Shown here: piece by piece, positions 50,101-62,819 of the stretch
How the letters are laid out: each line of letters starts with the position of its first letter
Numbering within the stretch: the first letter of the stretch is position 1
Source of the DNA: Rhynchobatus australiae
Taxonomy: Eukaryota
Direction: 5' to 3'
DNA length: 62,819 bases
Assembly: GCA_034780895.1 (NCBI GenBank)
Contig: JAUZTB010000062.1
Location: 21,161,696-21,224,514 of the forward strand
Notes under the pieces: model-generated
What the model was told of the DNA's origin: nothing
The model's database searches: none
The model's input: the letters and a program-made list of their open reading frames with translations, nothing else
Translations under genes and position numbers: made by a program

Positions 50101-53100
50101 AAGAGTATCTGAACATTTCCTTACGTTAGGTGACCAAATCTAGTCTGAAGGTAACTCTGGCTCTGAATAATATGACTTAAGAGCCACACTTTACACGGGG
50201 AATTTCTACCACATTATGCAATCTAAACTGTATCTCGCCACTTAAAATCCATAATGTAATGTATAAGAAAAAAAAACAGGCCCACCAAAAAACCTTACAA
50301 TTTTTAAGTGTGATCATGTTAAGCCAGCTTATGACTTCCATGACTTATTAGCCACCTGACCAAGATAACCCNNNNNNNNNNNNNNNNNNNNNNNNNNNNN
50401 NNNNNNNNNNNNNNNNNNNNNNNNNNNNNNNNNNNNNNNNNNNNNNNNNNNNNNNNNNNNNNNNNNNNNNNNNNNNNNNNNNNNNNNNNNNNNNNNNNNN
50501 NNNNNNNNNNNNNNNNNNNNNNNNNNNNNNNNNNNNGGCACATACTGAAAATATTTGATCCTTTAAATTTGATATTATTTACTGTCCTCTGCTTCACATC
50601 CTATTTTTTACTTCAGCCCTTTGCTTCTGGTATCAATTCTCTCATTTGTCACATTGCCATCCTGGAAATCCTCAGGTCTGTGTCTTATGAGGGGAAATGG
50701 ATCATTGGTTTTACTCTGCATTAAAAACCCCAGTATATGAATTTATAACATAAATAGTTGATGAGCAATTGATTAGGTTTAAGATTTTAAAAATATATAT
50801 GGATATATGAATGAATTTTTCTGATGTTGAAAATTATAATTGTTTCATAATGTAAAAAATAATGAGATTATGTATTAAAACTGAACAGATTAGTTTTGAG
50901 ATGAAGATAACAGATTAAATACATCACCAAATTATCACCTCACAGCACTTTCTCAGTCATTGGCTTTCTCTTTATCTGTATCTGTTGTTCAATTTTAGGT
51001 GTTTTAGGTGGTGGACAAGGAACTGATGAATGGTATTCTGCAAGGATAATTTTAATTTTGGCGTGTTTGGAAAAATGATGGCTGAGTATCTACTGAGCAT
51101 AATGCCCTGCACTTATTTACTTCCTATTAGTTCCATGTGTCATCAGATATTGTATTTTAGGTGATGTAATGCATAGATACAAGATAAACAAAAGGAAAGT
51201 GCTACAAGTTTGATTCTAGGCTCCTAGCCTTCAATAGAAGTCACCCTATGAGAATCCTTTCGTATACATGGAAAGGACAATTTCAGTAAAGAAGGAATTT
51301 TATTTATTTGTGCTTTATCTAATGGTGCTAGCCCTGATGCAGGGACTTACCTCTATTTCTCTGTGGAAGTCTGAGAACTGGCATGGGTTTAAGCCAGCAG
51401 TGGCATTTGTTACTTTGCCACCTCTACTGCTGGCTGCCTCTGTGGTGCACTGGAGGAGTCCAATGTAAACTTTGGCAGACTTGGGCAAGAAAACTCTCTG
51501 CTGAACCATGAATTGCAGGTCTTCAAATGGCCAATGGCAGAACTGTCTGTTTATTTGATTTAAGTCAGGGTTTAGTTGTTTTAAGTGATTTTAGTGATTT
51601 TATTTTCAAATACTTTCATGATATTTTTAAACATTTAATCTTTTTAAATAGTTTCTATGAGTTTTTGGAATATCATTGTCATTCACAGTCTTTCAATCTC
51701 AGTGTCAGCTTTTATAACTGGAGAGACTGGGGGTGTGTGAGCTCCATGAGCTATCAAAGCCATTCTGGGAGTGCATCTGGCTAGCTGGGCTGGGAGAAGC
51801 CCTGGGCTGCACGAGAATGTACCTGTTGGAAGAGCTGTTATCTGGCAGGTAGTGGAGGTCTCTGGACAGGGGAATATCTACCCCACTGAAACAGATACTT
51901 GATTATGTTTCTATCAGTTAAAGGATAAAGGTTAGCCAGAGAAGGGCCAAAGGCTTTTATTTATTTTCACCTGAATGGTTAAATGGTTTATGGTCTCATA
52001 TGAAACTCTGGCAATGCAGCATTCCTTCAGACTGTGCTGAAGTATCANNNNNNNNNNNNNNNNNNNNNNNNNNNNNNNNNNNNNNNNNNTGAATCTACAT
52101 CCTTCTCACTCAGGGATGTGAGTATCTCACAAAGTCAAGGACACTTACCGGTTGTACCTTCTTGGGCATATACTCAGAAATTACTTACTAAGTCTCTGGT
52201 GTATGCATCCAACATTTACTTGCTTGTTCATAAGATACAGACACTAAATAAGAAATACAATAATTTAATAACTGAGTTTGAAGCCAATAATGAACTGAAT
52301 CTTTAAGTGTTAAGTTTTACTGTTGATAAATTCAATGCTTCCTTTAGGGGGAGCAATTGTAGGACAGCTAAGTAAACTGATTTTTTTTAAAGTCTTTGTG
52401 ACTTGAAAAAATGAATCTATTTTAGTTACTGTCTCCAAATGTGCTGGTGCATTAACTGGCGTGTCTTTAAAGTTACTGCATGCACTGGGTAAAGTTCTGA
52501 AGAATTCTGTAAAATCTCTCAGTTCACACAGAAAGGTCACTTCCTTTGAGTGCATTTTGTGAGACAGAGATCAGTTTTTATTCATCAGGGCAAAGGGTTG
52601 TATAAGCCATTGGCTTTAGGTTCTGCACACAAACCCAAGGTTAATCTTCATAGTCTGATTGTAAATCTGCTTTCATAACACCAAGTATTTTGATTGCTGA
52701 AATACTCTTTGTGAGCTCTCAAAACCTACGTTTCTTTAGTTTGTCAAATTCAGGCTTCTATTATAGCATTTAGTAAATCATATTGATCTGTAACTCATAT
52801 TCCATGTCTNNNNNNNNNNNNNNNNNNNNNNNNNNNNNNNNNNNNNNNNNNNNNNNNNNNNNNNNNNNNNNNNNNNNNNNNNNNNNNNNNNNNNNNNNNN
52901 NNNNNNNNNCGTATGATATCAGTAAGTATTCTACATATTTATAATATTATATGTGTGAAAACACTGAGGAAAATTTGAGGCATGTTTTGTAATATAGAAT
53001 CACACAAGCATTTAATTGACAGGTGTATAATCATTACAAAAGCAGCAGGTTCCAATTGTGTTGCACACTTTCTGCAGAAAGGAGTTAAGTGCAAAAGCCT

Positions 53101-55055
53101 ACAGTAGATGGAGTCAGATCTAAAGGTGGTCATGGAAAACGGTTATGGTTATCAGAGGCTAATCATCACAGCCTAGGACATTACTACTGGTGTGCTCAGA
53201 GAAGTGTCCTCAGCGTAACCCCTTCAGCTGTTTCACTAATAGACCAGATTGTTCTGGACTCTGTCCTCTGCTTGGACTTGTTGCCCAGCCCCATTTAACT
53301 TTCCAGATCTGGAGAACTTAATGAACTGACTCTGGTATTGTTATGCTATGTTAGTACACTTAGGAATACAGTGTGTAGTTATACTTTAGGATTATGTAGA
53401 GATCTGATCTTGCCTATTATTCTGAGTATGTTAATAGAGAAACCAGTCATTTGTTCTTCACATGCAGTGNNNNNNNNNNNNNNNNNNNNNNNNNNNNNNN
53501 NNNNNNNNNNNNNNNNNNNNNNNNNNNNNNNNNNNNNNNNNNNNNNNNNNNNNNNNNNNNNNNNNNNNNAACTAAAAATGAATTGTGGTTAAATTTGTGT
53601 ACCACAATCCACAGACCCATTGTTTTATGAACTTTATCAACCTACTTGAAACAAAACAGGTAAGAGCTACCAAAGACATATAATAGTCAGTGATTAGAGT
53701 TATAAATTAATATAGTTAATGCACTGCGCTTGTATTAATCAGGGAACAGATTCCCTAGGATGAGCATGAAGTAATTAAATTCTGTGATTGGAATAATTTT
53801 GTGCAGTGTGCAGCACAAAAAAGGCCATTTGCCTGACATTTATTTTTGACATGACAATCGAGTCTCATCAGCGAAACTTTCCGTCCAATGTTACTCATGT
53901 CATTGCCTGGTTTCCTGTTAAAGTAGAAATAAAAAGGGAAGACCATTGGAATTTATGCTTGGATTCAGTATGGACTAACAAATGGAAGGCTAAGTATGTG
54001 AGAACCACAAACTCAGGAAATCTTGGACACACTTCAGAGGTCAGGCAACAGCTGCTGTGAGAACACAACAGGTGAAGAAGGAAAGGATTAATTCCAATGT
54101 TTTGTTCATTTGTCTCCACTTGATTAAGTGGCAATTTAGAAGATCCAGATGTTATCTGTGCCAGATGTTTTGTGCATCAAATGGAAACACTAAATACTTT
54201 TATGTTTCCATTGTCTCGAAAAGTTGTGATTAATTTGTGAGCTTCGTCTCATTTAGCCAGTGCTTTGGATACCACCACAGATATGTACAAATGAGTTAAT
54301 CTATTGGCTAAGTATTACTCTGTCTCTGAGCCAAAAAGAAAGTTGTAAAATTGGAAGCAACAGCACCCACTAGTGAAGTGGATCCTAACTTTGATCAACT
54401 TACTCTCAACTATTTGTACCTAATGTTCAGTGATTGTTCAGTGATTCAGTAATGCCTTCAGTGATTGTTCATTATATACCCATTCTCCTGTTTATCTTCT
54501 TCGTATCACCAGGAAGAGCCAGGTGAGGGCTCTTCATGATCCACGCAGGTGGGGGCTATATTTACAGCAGTGTTCCCTCTCCCTCACTGAAATTGCTTCA
54601 TTTGTTCGCATATCTCTGTAACACCTTAGTTTGATTGTTATTTCTACATTGGTAGGGCTGTGCTGATCTGAATTACAAATTGTCTGTGTAAAGGTCAAGG
54701 AGCCTTGGAACTCTGGGATGTCTTATTAATGGCTCATACACATTTCATTAATGTGATGCAGAGACATTTTTGATTGAATTTATCAGTGTAATCTGCATAG
54801 ACACCTGTCCATGACTGGAGATATAATAGATGGGGGAATGCATTAAACTTCTGGGCATCTCAGTCAGACAATATATCTTTATTTATGTGTTGACTGTCAA
54901 ACACTGTACATCTTTTTCTGTTTTCCTTTTTAGCATACATCAATTTGAGAACATAACGCATGTTTACAATGCACTGGACTTACTATTGTTGAGGTCAGTG
55001 TATTTTGACATGCACATATGCAGCCACATTTAACCAAAATGGTCTTTGTTATCTT

Positions 55056-55322
55056 GATAAGATATCTTTATTCGTCACATGTACATCAAAACACACAGTG
55101 AGATACATCTTTTATGTAGAATATGCTGGGGACAACCCGCAAGAGTTGCCATGCTTCCGGCACCAACATAGCATGCCCACAACTTCCTAACCCGTACGCC
55201 TTTGGAATGTGGGAGGAAACCGGAGCACCCAGAGGAAACCCACGCAGACACATGGGGAGAATGTACAAACTGCTTACTGACAGTGGCCAGAATTGAACCC
55301 GGGTCACTGGTACTGTAATAGC
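55056..55322 (-). mobile_element. V-SINE family A copy (5' A box lost)
   Basis: The reverse complement aligns to 62285-62547: B box, V-domain and the same tail. Confidence 0.9.
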
Positions 55323-55494
55323 CTTGTTGATTTTTTTAATCCAATACATAAGATTCTTTCCATGGTGTGTTTATAATTGCATCAACCTGCCAGCTAACTG
55401 TACTGCAGAGGACGAGACAGTAAATACTAATGCCTTTTCTAATTAATCAGAGACTACAAGCCAACCATTATAAAAAACATATAATACTGACAAG

Positions 55495-55665
55495 AAAGTG
55501 GTAGATGTGGGTACGATTACAATATTTAACAGACATTTGGACAGGTACGTGGATAGGAAAGGCTTAGAGGGGTATGGGCCTAATGCAGGCAAATAGGACT
55601 AACTCAGGTAGGCAACTTGATCAGCACAGATGAGTCGGGCTGAAAGGCCTTTATCTGTGTCGTAC
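55495..55665 (+). mobile_element. CR1 LINE 3' end fragment
   Basis: Aligns to 45622-45782. Confidence 0.8.
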
Positions 55666-55879
55666 CTGAGCTATCCTCCAGCTTTGTCAGGAAAAGTAAC
55701 TTCGCAGATGTGACGGGACAAAGATAGGATTCGGAATGATGTAAGAAAAGAAGTACACAATGGTGAAGAAGAATTACACGATATTTACGAAACATTATCA
55801 TCTACAACTGCCAACTACATAGAAGCAAAAGCTACACTGATGGGATCTATAACCCAGCAGTAGAATGTGGTATATGAAA

Positions 55880-57225
55880 CCAAGTCCACTTGGTCCACTG
55901 CACAAGGCAAGAGGCAAACAAAATAATGGATCATTGTTGCCTATGTCTGAAACACATTGCTGCAAAATATGGGTTTTCCAATCATCAACAAGAGCTGTAA
56001 ACAAGTCTGTTGAAAGGTGCACATCAAACAGTGTTGATGAAAAGCCCTTGAAAAGAATTTCAAACTGACTGCCTTGCTTGAGAGATCATTATCATTTTTA
56101 GAGAACGGAGCTGTTGAAGTGGCAACATTGATGTGAATAGAATCAGAGGAGAAAAATAAACACCAATGTGAAATTTTTCATTCAGAACTATCAACAAAGA
56201 ATGATTCCCAGCATTATCAATATTGCTATTATTGTGGTGGCAACCTTCCTCACAAAGCAGAATGTCTTGCTGAGTGGAAACACTGAAAATCATGTGGAAA
56301 ACTCAACTGTTTCAAGAGACTTGTCCAGCAAACCCATGAATCAGAACACATCAAACNNNNNNNNNNNNNNNNNNNNNNNNNNNNNNNNNNNNNNNNNNNN
56401 NNNNNNNNNNNNNNNNNNNNNNNNNNNNNNNNNNNNNNNNNNNNNNNNNNNNNNNNNNNNNNNNNNNNNNNNNNNNNNNNNNNNNNNNNNNNNNNNNNNN
56501 NNNNNNNNNNNNNNNNNNNNNNNNNNNNNNNNNNNNNNNNNNNNNNNNNNNNNNNNNNNNNNNNNNNNNNNNNNNNNNNNNNNNNNNNNNNNNNNNNNNN
56601 NNNNNNNNNNNNNNNNNNATGTTTCATCACTAAGAACAATCAAATCCAAGGGTGTTAACATGATATTTTATGTAACATCAGGTGACCATGATGATCCTTT
56701 GAGCTTTAACACAGCGTCAGGTCTCCACATTGTAGAGATCATATATGGAGAGCCTATGGTGGATTCCAATAATGAAAAGATCACTGAACAGTGTCTCAAT
56801 TGCGCGAGCATGAATGCAATGCCTAAAACAAGGACATAAAACAAATTTGAAACTGCAACAGAAAACAATGTAGTTCTGCCATATAACAGTGATTCAAATG
56901 GAAATGGGTTATAGAAAATCCACCCTTTCGTGATGTAGCACATATACAACAAGATTTGCACAAAACTTGTTGTGGGCTTGTAATTGCACATGCCTTAGAT
57001 CTTGCGCTATAAAGTACTGCGTTGTTAATTCACAGTTGCTAATGGAATGTGTTATAGACATTGCTCACAGAAGTCATCAAGGGAAAAGGTATGGTTCCCA
57101 GGAGCAGACTGTTTGGTGGAACACTAAATCAACACATGTTTGGCATGTCAAACAATCACAAAGACAAATCTACAAGAACCTCTACAAATGCTGGAATTAC
57201 CCAAAGAGCCATGGTCTTGTGTTAA
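55880..57225 (+). mobile_element. Highly decayed Ty3/Gypsy LTR retrotransposon internal remnant
   Basis: Integrase zinc-binding HHCC region: VIDIAHRSHQG, KVWFPG (57086-57103), TCLACQ and EPLQMLELPKEPWSCV. A weak gag knuckle-like ARGKQ..H.C lies near 55900. The left boundary is uncertain. Confidence 0.7.
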
Positions 57226-57379
57226 TTTTACACATCTTTATTCTGCCGATTTTTACCACAATCTGCAGTTCATTAACTTATGTGGAAGGACATTACATAG
57301 ATTAAGGAACATTTGGAATGAAATAAGGTCTCTAGCATAACTGGTATTCTTTAAGAGGTATAACTAAGGAGCTTAGTTT

Positions 57380-58563
57380 AAAGATAATTCACAGCAGGAG
57401 AGCTTGGATCTGTGGAATGTTCCTTCTGCACAATGTGGGGAAGCCATGGACACTTTCAGTGTCCATGACAACCGCATATGTGGAAAGTGTTTCCAGATGC
57501 AGCTGATGGTTAACTACAATACAGAGCTGTGGATGGATTCACTGTGGAGCATCTGCAATTCTGAGATGTGTGTGGACAACATATTTAGTAAGGTTGTTAG
57601 GTATAGAAAGGGAATGGGTGACCACTAGGCAGAGGTGAGGAAAAGAAATACAGTGATATTGCCCTGTGGCCATTCCCCCTTTTCAATAAATATACAGGTA
57701 CAGATAATGTTGGGGGAGAGGACCTCTCAGGAGAAAGCAGCAAGAGCCAAGTTCATGGCACCACAAGTGGCTCTGCTGCTCAAAAGATTGGTAGGGCTAC
57801 AATGGTAGGGCAACANNNNNNNNNNCTGCAGCCACATATGTGACTTCAGGATGGTATGTTGCCTTCCTGATGTAAGGGTCAAGGATGTCATGGAACGACT
57901 GCAGAGCCACATCAATGGGCAGGGTGGCTGTAGTACGTGTCAGTATCAATGACGTAGATTAACAAAGCAGCTATGTCCTGCCAGATGAATTTAACGAGTT
58001 AGGAGATAAATTAAGAAGCAGGAACCTCAAAGGTAGTAGTTTCAGGATTACTTACAGTGCAGCGCTAGTGAGTATAGACCTGGATGAATATGTAGCTGAA
58101 TATTTGGCACCGGGGGAGAGATTTAGACTCCTTGGATACCGGAACTGCTTCTGTGGAAGGTAGGACCTATACAAACAGGACGGCTTACAGTCAGGTATGA
58201 CCGGGATCAATGCCTTGATAGGGGTGTTTGTCACTCCTATGGGTAGAGTTTAAACTATGGGAATGATGACAAGGGAGAAAGAACAAGGACCCAAATGAAA
58301 GAAAGAACTTTAGAATGCAATAGTAGAAGGCAGGGAAATAAGATGATTAATAAGGCAAGGGTGAAGGCTTTGTATATTAATGCACACACATTTGCGAGGT
58401 AGATGAACTAGTGCCACAAATAGAGGTGAATACGTATAATCTGATAGTCATCATGGAGACATGATTGCAAGGGGATCAAAGCGGTGCACTTAATATTCAG
58501 GAATATTTGACATTTAGGAAGGACAGGTGGGAAGGAATAGGTGGTAGGGTGGCACTGTTAATA
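57380..58563 (+). mobile_element. Decayed CR1 LINE 5' part: ORF1 (zinc finger and SGNH esterase) and start of ORF2 endonuclease
   Basis: Frameshifted peptides VECSFCTMW..VHDNRICGKC, FRMVCCLPDVRVKDVMERLQ and GR.DLYKQDGL, then VKALYINA/VDELVPQIEVNTYNLIVIMET*LQGDQ..LNIQEY..FRKDR...GGRVALLI. Confidence 0.85.
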
Positions 58564-61410
58564 ACCATTTGTTCTATGTTGTACAGCAGTGAAATTCTCT
58601 AATTAATCACGCACATCAAGGGCCCAGCAGTTGTCCTTAACATTAACTCTCCAAAGCTCACAAGTGTCCGACAAGCTGGAATGGGCTCCTAGCAGTGAGT
58701 AGTCCCCAGGCAGCTGTCAAAGGCTCTAGGATAGCTTTTAAATCTCTCTGATAGTGATAGATGTAAAAATGATTGAAATGGATTTAAATAATTAAAAAAA
58801 AATCGAGAAACATTTTGGGTCAGATCTTGCTGATATCAAGTCAGTCGTAACGTAGGGAACTGCTAGCTTGCTGCAGTGTGTGCGTTAGAGTATTCTGAAC
58901 ATCACTCACCATTGAGTCCAGGGGCGTTCCATAATGTTCTCTGAGGGGCTCTATACACAAGATATCTGACCTCTCAGCTTTATGCCAATATGTCACGGAG
59001 CTGCAGTCAATGAAATGTTTGCCGAGGTGGAAAATATCATTAGGGGAATGCAACATAGAAGAATGATCTAGGCCTCATAAGGAAAATTTATGCCTCCCCT
59101 GCTCCGAGCTTCTCAACCCTGATTATGAGGCCCTCCTGAAACTCTAATGCAATAACTTGCCTGCGTGCCAGGACTATTCCTTCAGACCCTGGCAGCGACC
59201 TTCTGCTGCCTGACATTGCATTCCTGCCTGCCAGCCAACTGTAGCTTCCCATGGCTTTGGTTGCACAACTGACTGGAGGCATGCAGAGTGAAAATCTCCT
59301 CAGTCATCATACACTGCCAAATCAGTACAGATTGCCTCCTACCTCAGCATCCACCCACCCACTTCCCATTTGGAGTGAAAATGGGGCTTTTATTTTTAGG
59401 AACTGAAGGGTTTGAGTACCTGCAGTTTAGGGGTGGAGATTTGGATGTGACATTGATTGCAAGCGGGCTCTCAGAAGGGAGAGAATGTGAGAAGTTTTCC
59501 TGTTGCTGTTTGCTGATTCGACTCTGTGCAGGCATTTTGGATTGACACTGAATAGTGAGATACAGCTGCAACAGCTGCAGTGTTCTTGGCATAACCACAG
59601 ATGTCAGGCTGAAGTACTCTCAGTTCCTAAGACTGTCTCGCCATGATCTTCTAAAGACCGGCATTCCAACTCTGTAATAAATTAAGCCAGACGAATCAAT
59701 ATTATCTTAAAACTGCAATATTGTGTAATTTATTTTGGAATGAAATCTAAAAGCATTGTGATCAGGAATCCTCACTGTGTTTTCTAATCAGAATTAATCC
59801 TTAAATAGAAGATTCAAAACCTCTTCCAAGTTGGGCTAGAATTAGATAGTATAAAGTATTACATTAAAATCAAAATTATGATGTATGATAACCTCTCCAA
59901 CTCAGCTGGAGATGCTTTATCTTTTGCTCCCTCTTCTGCTTTGTATACATACTCATGTATGCATCCACACCCTCAGATTATGAATTCCATTTTGGCTATT
60001 CACATTTCATGTGATACCCAGAGTGTTTGGCTAAGGCCACTTTGTTCCCTCATTTGGAAGTGAACCTAATGATTATACAGATATATAAAGGAGGATGCCA
60101 CTTGGAATGATTAAATATATAGCATATGCTAATTGTTGCAAACTATCTTGATGTACTGCAGACTTGTTTGTCCAAATTATTTATAAAAAATGTCTTGAAA
60201 ATAATGAATGCCATTGTGCTGGAGTGATCCTATTTCTTTCAGCAATCTCAACTTAAGTTTTGAAAGCAATGTTTATTGAGTCATTTATATTGTGTACAAA
60301 GACACAATTTTCAATGCATGCTTGTCTTTTGAGTTAGCACACTAAGATAAGTAATATCTTTTCATTGGCTAAGGAATTATTTGTGCTTTCAAAGGCATTA
60401 ATGTTTAGAAGACATGTCACATAGTCTTTCTTAGTTATGTGCTTATAGTACTGTGAAATACTTGAAAGGTACAATTTAAAATAAGATCTGGTATATAAGC
60501 TGTAGTTTATAAGTAGCAATCTGCATTTCATTAAATCCTAAAGTGCTCTCTGATTCTGCTTCATCTTTCCTACTCTATAGTTTAGTTTATACTTCCTATC
60601 ATTCCTGCTGTTGTTGAAGCAGATTTATATTATTGGTAGAACTCGAAGGATGGAAGGAATGCACAGTAGGTCACTCGTTAATCTTTGTTTTCTGTCATTG
60701 ATTCATAAACCATGTAATCCCAAGAAATACTAATTCCTGCATGTGTAGCAGCCCCACATGTTATATTGTTCTGCTAAAATCCCTCATGTTGTTCAGTGTT
60801 TCAGAGCAATGTGTTTCGTTTCTTTTGAAAAGATGGATCAAGGCAACTGGGAGACTTGGAGGTCAAGAATTTGCTGACTATTTCTGAAAGGGAAAAAAAA
60901 AGAAGCACTTTTGTACCACATACANNNNNNNNNNNNNNNNNNNNNNNNNNNNNNNNNNNNNNNNNNNNNNNNNNNNNNNNNNNNNNNNNNNNNNNNNNNN
61001 NNNNNNNNNNNNNNNNNNNNNNNNTTTTGTACCACATACAGAGTCTCCTAAGTCTTGTGGTAAAATCTATACAAATAGTTTTGAAACCAAAACTTCATGA
61101 GTTATCGGCCAACTCTCTTCAAGGCGTGAAATGTAAAACATCTTAAACATTTATGTGCGACAAATATTGGAGAAACATTTGCATTTTTATAATGTCTCAC
61201 TGCATCTGTTTGAAAGAACTTCCCTTTGAAAGACTTCAGCCTAGAAATTGGATTGTCCCTGTTTTTGACATGCTAAAATATGGTTGCACTTAGTGTTAAA
61301 ACCCAATCAGATCCTCCACAAAAAATTGTGGAACTAATTGAAAACGTTTGTGAAACAGTTTTGATGTGGTTTGCACAAGAAATAAGCAGTAAAATTGGAC
61401 ATGCATGGCT

Positions 61411-61768
61411 GTCATAGAGTCATAGAGTCATGGTTACAGCATGGAAACAGGCTTCTGGGCCCACTGAGTCACTGTTGACTATCACTCACCCATATCTACA
61501 TTAATCCAATCCTAACCAATTTATTCTCATCCCACCCCCATTCTCATTAGCTATCCACCCCTGCTCCCCACTTACCCATACATGAGGGTCAATTTATAGT
61601 GGTCAGTTAATCTACGTCAATCTACAATGGCCTTTGGGATGTGGAAGTAAACAGGAGCACCCGGAGGAAACCAAGCAGTCACAGGGAGAATATGCAAATC
61701 CCACGTTGACAGCATCAGAGGTCGGGATTGAACCTGGGTCGCTGGAGCTGTGAGGCAGAAGCTGCCAC
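61411..61768 (-). mobile_element. V-SINE family B copy with CR1-type tail
   Basis: catagagt repeats, acagcatggaaacaggc (CR1-type 3' end), tttgggatgtgg...ggagcacccggaggaaacc (V-domain) and gggattgaacc (B box, reverse). Confidence 0.8.
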
Positions 61769-61919
61769 CCATTCCCAATAGGATCAGGCTCAAATGAACT
61801 CGACTACTATCATTTTGCTGTGTAGTAATAACTGGAGGGTGTCAGGCCTTAAAGATAAGCTGTCCATAGCAGCTAGAGAGCAGCAGCTCACATTATGACT
61901 GGCATTGAAGAGAGAAAAG

Positions 61920-62760
61920 CTGCAGGAGAGACAGCTCCCAGATTTTTTGAAAGGGACATCAAAGACCTAACAAATTAGGTACAGTGTATACTAGTGGGGA
62001 TGTTTAGAATTCCAAGGCTTGGCAGAAGGTGGCTAGAGACCCATAGCATGGTGCAATGCTGCAAGAAGTGTAATGGTCCCTCAAGATGTTAGGATGAGGA
62101 ACGCACAACTATAAAATGTTTTCTGATACAGATGCACTTATCCAAATAACACAGACACACACAAAGTGTTAATCACAGTGTTACATATTCACCACCTCAA
62201 CACCCTGTTATCTCCTACCAGCTCCCATTTCCCCCATTCACATTCTACCCCAACAGGCACGGTAGTGTAATGGTTAGTGTAATGCTATTACAGCGCCAGT
62301 GACCCGGGTTCAATTCCGGTCACTGTCTGTAAGGAGTTTGTATGTTCTCCCAGTGTCTGCATGGGTTTCCTCCAGGTGCTCCGGTTTCCTCTCACACTCC
62401 AAATACATATGGGTTAGGAAGTTGTGGGCATGCTATGTTGGTGCTGGAAGCGTGGCGACACTTGTGGGCTGCCCCAGAACACTCTACGCAAAAGATGCAT
62501 TTCACTGTGTGTTTCAATGTACATGTGACTGTGAAAGATATCTTATCTAATCTAATCTAACATTGAAATCACGATTCCAAAGGAAGGATAATCAAAAACA
62601 TTATTCAATGTCCTCCAGCTCCTTCACTCAGGCCAGGTCAAGAAGGAATAGGAGGGAGGTTATTACAGGTCTGGGGACGCCACTTCAATCTAACACTTCA
62701 CCAAGCTGGAGGAGACCATCCTGCTGCTAATGGGCAGAAGACACACAGAGTGTGTAGGAA
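61920..62760 (+). mobile_element. Decayed Harbinger-associated Myb/SANT (NAIF1/MSANTD-like) ORF remnant, interrupted by the 62256 SINE
   Basis: ETAPRF, AWQKVA and W.QCCKKCN (cf. QCRKK.NDL), then RNRRE..TG.G.P and TKLEETILLLMG, all frameshifted. Confidence 0.5.
62256..62560 (+). mobile_element. Full-length tRNA-derived V-SINE, family A (tail ...gatatcttatctaa)
   Basis: A box TAGTGTAATGG (62263-62273), B box GGTTCAATTCC (62307-62317), V-domain TTCTCCC.GTGTCTGC.TGGGTTTCCTCC.GGTGCTCCGGTTTCCT, and a short tandem tail (atcta)n. Confidence 0.9.
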
Positions 62761-62819
62761 ATCTGCCAGGTAAGCTCGCTAAAAATATTTCACTCCGATG
62801 GCTACATCTTTGTTGATTG

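Noticed and set aside
62256-62320. tRNA-like A and B boxes
   Set aside because: They form the head of a SINE and continue into the V-domain; not a tRNA gene.
1-62819. A novel multi-gene or prokaryote-style system (CRISPR array, operon, intact mobile enzyme)
   Set aside because: There are no regular repeat-spacer arrays and no intact ORF other than the NTN1 exon; the other protein-like traces are decayed transposons of known classes.

Overview
Vertebrate nuclear DNA, almost certainly from a cartilaginous fish and probably a batoid, judging from the V-SINE, Deu-SINE, CR1 and RTE repeat complement. It comes from a gappy short-read or reference-guided assembly. The only intact protein-coding sequence is the large first coding exon of netrin-1 (NTN1) on the minus strand (35282..34265). 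It encodes the signal peptide, laminin N-terminal domain VI and first LE/EGF repeat, and ends at a phase-1 GT donor. Bases 1-34264 are the start of its long intron (no further NTN1 exon was recognised by eye); bases ~35.3-62.8 kb are 5' UTR, promoter and upstream DNA. A ~20 kb CpG-retaining domain (~30.2-49.9 kb) surrounds the NTN1 5' end and contains several enhancer-like blocks, a perfect NF-kB site and a CTCF-like site. The flanks hold decayed transposons: Tc1 of IR/DR type, CR1, Gypsy, Harbinger, RTE and several SINE families. I see no evidence for a new gene system. The points most worth following up are the methylation-valley signature recorded in paired transposon copies, a nested inverted-repeat structure in the intron, a possibly horizontally acquired Tc1, SINE tail swapping, an H103R change in netrin-1 and a short human THE1-like contaminant.
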